This document shows, one piece after another, positions 56,919-58,315 of a stretch of 58,315 nt of DNA (position 1 is the first letter of the stretch; each line of letters opens with the position of its first letter). Location of the stretch: the NCBI GenBank assembly GCA_964544095.1, contig CAZJAM010000004.1, positions 1 to 58,315 on the forward strand, given 5' to 3'. The stretch comes from an uncultured Anaeroplasmataceae bacterium (GTDB lineage: Bacteria > Bacillota_I > Bacilli_A > Acholeplasmatales > Anaeroplasmataceae). The translations under genes and the position numbers were made by a program. A model generated the notes under the pieces. It saw only the letters and a list, made by a program, of their open reading frames with translations. It did not search any database and was not told the origin of the DNA.

Positions 56919-58315
56919 TTACCCTTCAAGTTTATCTAAAAGTTCTAAATATCTTAAAGACTTTATATCATATTCTTCATTTAATGAATCAAGTTCTTTT
57001 TGATAATCCATAAGTTTTACATAATCATTAGATGAATTATTAAGCTCACGTTTAAGGAAACTAATTCTTTCATCCATTTCCTTAATTTCCTTATCTAAAC
57101 TCTCATATTCCTTATTTTCCATATAAGTAAGTTTTACTTTATGTTTTGGTCTATCTTGAAGTTTTTCTTCTTTTTCTTCTTTTACTGAAGTGAAATCTTC
57201 TGTATCTAAATATTCACTAAATGATTTTTGTGAAGTTATTATATTTCCATCCTTAAATATAAGTAGCTTATTACAAACATGATCCAAAAAATATCTATCA
57301 TGAGATACTACCATTACAGGTCCTTTGAAATTTAATATATAATCTTCTAATAATTCTAGGGTATAAATATCAAGATCATTTGTAGGCTCATCAAATAATA
57401 AAATATTAGGATTTTTCATAAGTACCTTTACAAGCTGTAATCTTCTCTTTTCTCCACCAGATAACATCTTAACTTTAGCATATTGAATATCCTTAGAGAA
57501 TAAGAATCTTTCAAGCATTTCAGAAGCTGTAATAGTACCATCTAGTGTTTCAATTAGATTTTGTTCATCTTTAATATAATCAATAACTCTAATTTCAGGA
57601 TTTATTAATTCCATATGTTGTGAAAAATATCCAATATTTAGGGTTTCGCCAAGTATTAATTCACCATTATCTAGCTTTTCTTCTCCCATAATTATTTTAA
57701 ATAATGTGGTCTTTCCAGCTCCATTATCTCCAACAACTCCTATAATATCCGATCTAGACATATCAAAGTCTAAGTTCTTAAATAAATTTATGTCACCAAA
57801 TGATTTAGACCCATTATGTATTTGAATGAGTTTTTTACCAAGATATGTAGACACTGAATTAATGTCCATAGTCTTTGATTCATTAAATTTAATTTTAGAC
57901 ATTTCTTTAAATCTTTCAATTCTCGATTTAGATTTTGTCCTTCTTGCCTCTACTCCCCTATGCATCCATTCTGCTTCAGTTCTTAATATTGATTTTAATC
58001 TTTTTTCTTCCTTAGCTTCTCTTTCTAATCTTTCAGCTTTAAGCTCTAAGAATTTAGAATAATTTGCATCATATGTATAAGTTTTACCAAAGTCAAGTTC
58101 AAGCATTTTAGTACAAATTCTTTCTAAGAAATATCTATCATGTGTTACCATGATAAGCCCGTGTTTAAACTTAATTAAAAATTTTTCTAAGAAAGCTATA
58201 ACATTATTATCTAAATGGTTTGTTGGTTCATCTAAAATCATAAAATCACATGGAGTAACAAGTACCTTAGCTAAGGCAACTCTTTTCATTTGTCCTCCAC
58301 TAAATGATTTAGTAG
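56919..58315 (-). CDS. ABC-F family ATPase (Uup/YfmR-like), 5'-truncated by the window edge
   Basis: The second NBD has GDNGAGKTT, LSGGEKRRL and LLFDEPTNDLD, and a C-terminal coiled coil follows. The reading frame continues upstream of 58289 (..FSGGQMKRVALA), so the first NBD lies partly outside the window. Confidence 0.9.
   Translation of the reverse strand, partial: TKSFSGGQMKRVALAKVLVTPCDFMILDEPTNHLDNNVIAFLEKFLIKFKHGLIMVTHDRYFLERICTKMLELDFGKTYTYDANYSKFLELKAERLEREAKEEKRLKSILRTEAEWMHRGVEARRTKSKSRIERFKEMSKIKFNESKTMDINSVSTYLGKKLIQIHNGSKSFGDINLFKNLDFDMSRSDIIGVVGDNGAGKTTLFKIIMGEEKLDNGELILGETLNIGYFSQHMELINPEIRVIDYIKDEQNLIETLDGTITASEMLERFLFSKDIQYAKVKMLSGGEKRRLQLVKVLMKNPNILLFDEPTNDLDIYTLELLEDYILNFKGPVMVVSHDRYFLDHVCNKLLIFKDGNIITSQKSFSEYLDTEDFTSVKEEKEEKLQDRPKHKVKLTYMENKEYESLDKEIKEMDERISFLKRELNNSSNDYVKLMDYQKELDSLNEEYDIKSLRYLELLDKLEG

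Noticed and set aside
2544-58062. About 35 short ORFs (60-167 aa) in the supplied track lie antisense to, or in alternate frames of, the long confidently assigned genes. Examples are 2544-2819, 2770-3273, 3301-3513, 4401-4613, 6236-6750, 11312-11518, 12475-12735, 12957-13148 and 16610-16792. Further examples are 22685-22921, 25694-25888, 28268-28468, 31100-31414, 32986-33168, 35504-35722, 36610-36792, 38050-38238 and 40057-40248. The rest include 41750-42007, 46586-46852, 47197-47499, 48012-48472, 49611-49820, 51609-51905, 52156-52344, 55576-56286, 56761-57003 and 57826-58062.
   Set aside because: All are embedded in genes with clear family motifs on the other strand or frame. Their translations are low-complexity (Ser/Leu/Ile/Phe-rich), as expected for shadow frames in AT-rich DNA. 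None has a convincing RBS.
1-58315. CRISPR arrays, rRNA genes, IS elements, integrases, prophage genes, and long direct or tandem repeats.
   Set aside because: I saw no regularly spaced repeats and no transposase, recombinase or phage structural motifs in any long ORF. The accessory-looking clusters therefore cannot be tied to a recognisable mobile element from this window alone.

Overview
This is an AT-rich (roughly 70% A+T by eye) chromosomal core segment from a low-GC Gram-positive-type bacterium, Bacillota or Mollicutes-like. The lineage markers are PolC, RNase Y, YmdB, two DegV paralogues and a T-box leader. The standard genetic code applies: all long ORFs are intact, with no in-frame TGA. 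About 85% of genes lie on the minus strand. Most are housekeeping: tRNA-Leu(CAA), argS, ispH, dinB, the conserved block nusB-xseA-xseB-dxs-tlyA-recN, rdgB-ysnB, polC, acpP, xylAB, miaB-ymcA, rny-ymdB, recA, pgsA, mnmA, rmuC and a partial ABC-F gene. I saw no rRNA, CRISPR array, transposase, integrase or phage genes. Six items deserve a second look. (1) A 673-aa LeuRS paralogue has lost its class-I catalytic motifs and sits beside an orphan acpP. (2) A three-gene operon of unknown function (295 aa, 384 aa, ankyrin-repeat protein) is wedged between housekeeping genes and converges on a CPBP protease gene. (3) A 1046-aa TPR/GAF/PAS protein with degenerate GGDEF and EAL domains is translationally coupled to rdgB-ysnB. 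An intact membrane HD-GYP gene lies elsewhere in the window. (4) A T-box leader, probably with a UGG (Trp) specifier, controls a COG2984-type ABC importer inserted between recA and rny. (5) An atypical COG0523 GTPase is paired with a HAD hydrolase next to a perfect 22-bp palindrome. (6) Several small orphan gene pairs have no recognisable function. All domain calls come from motif reading by eye, and no database search was run.
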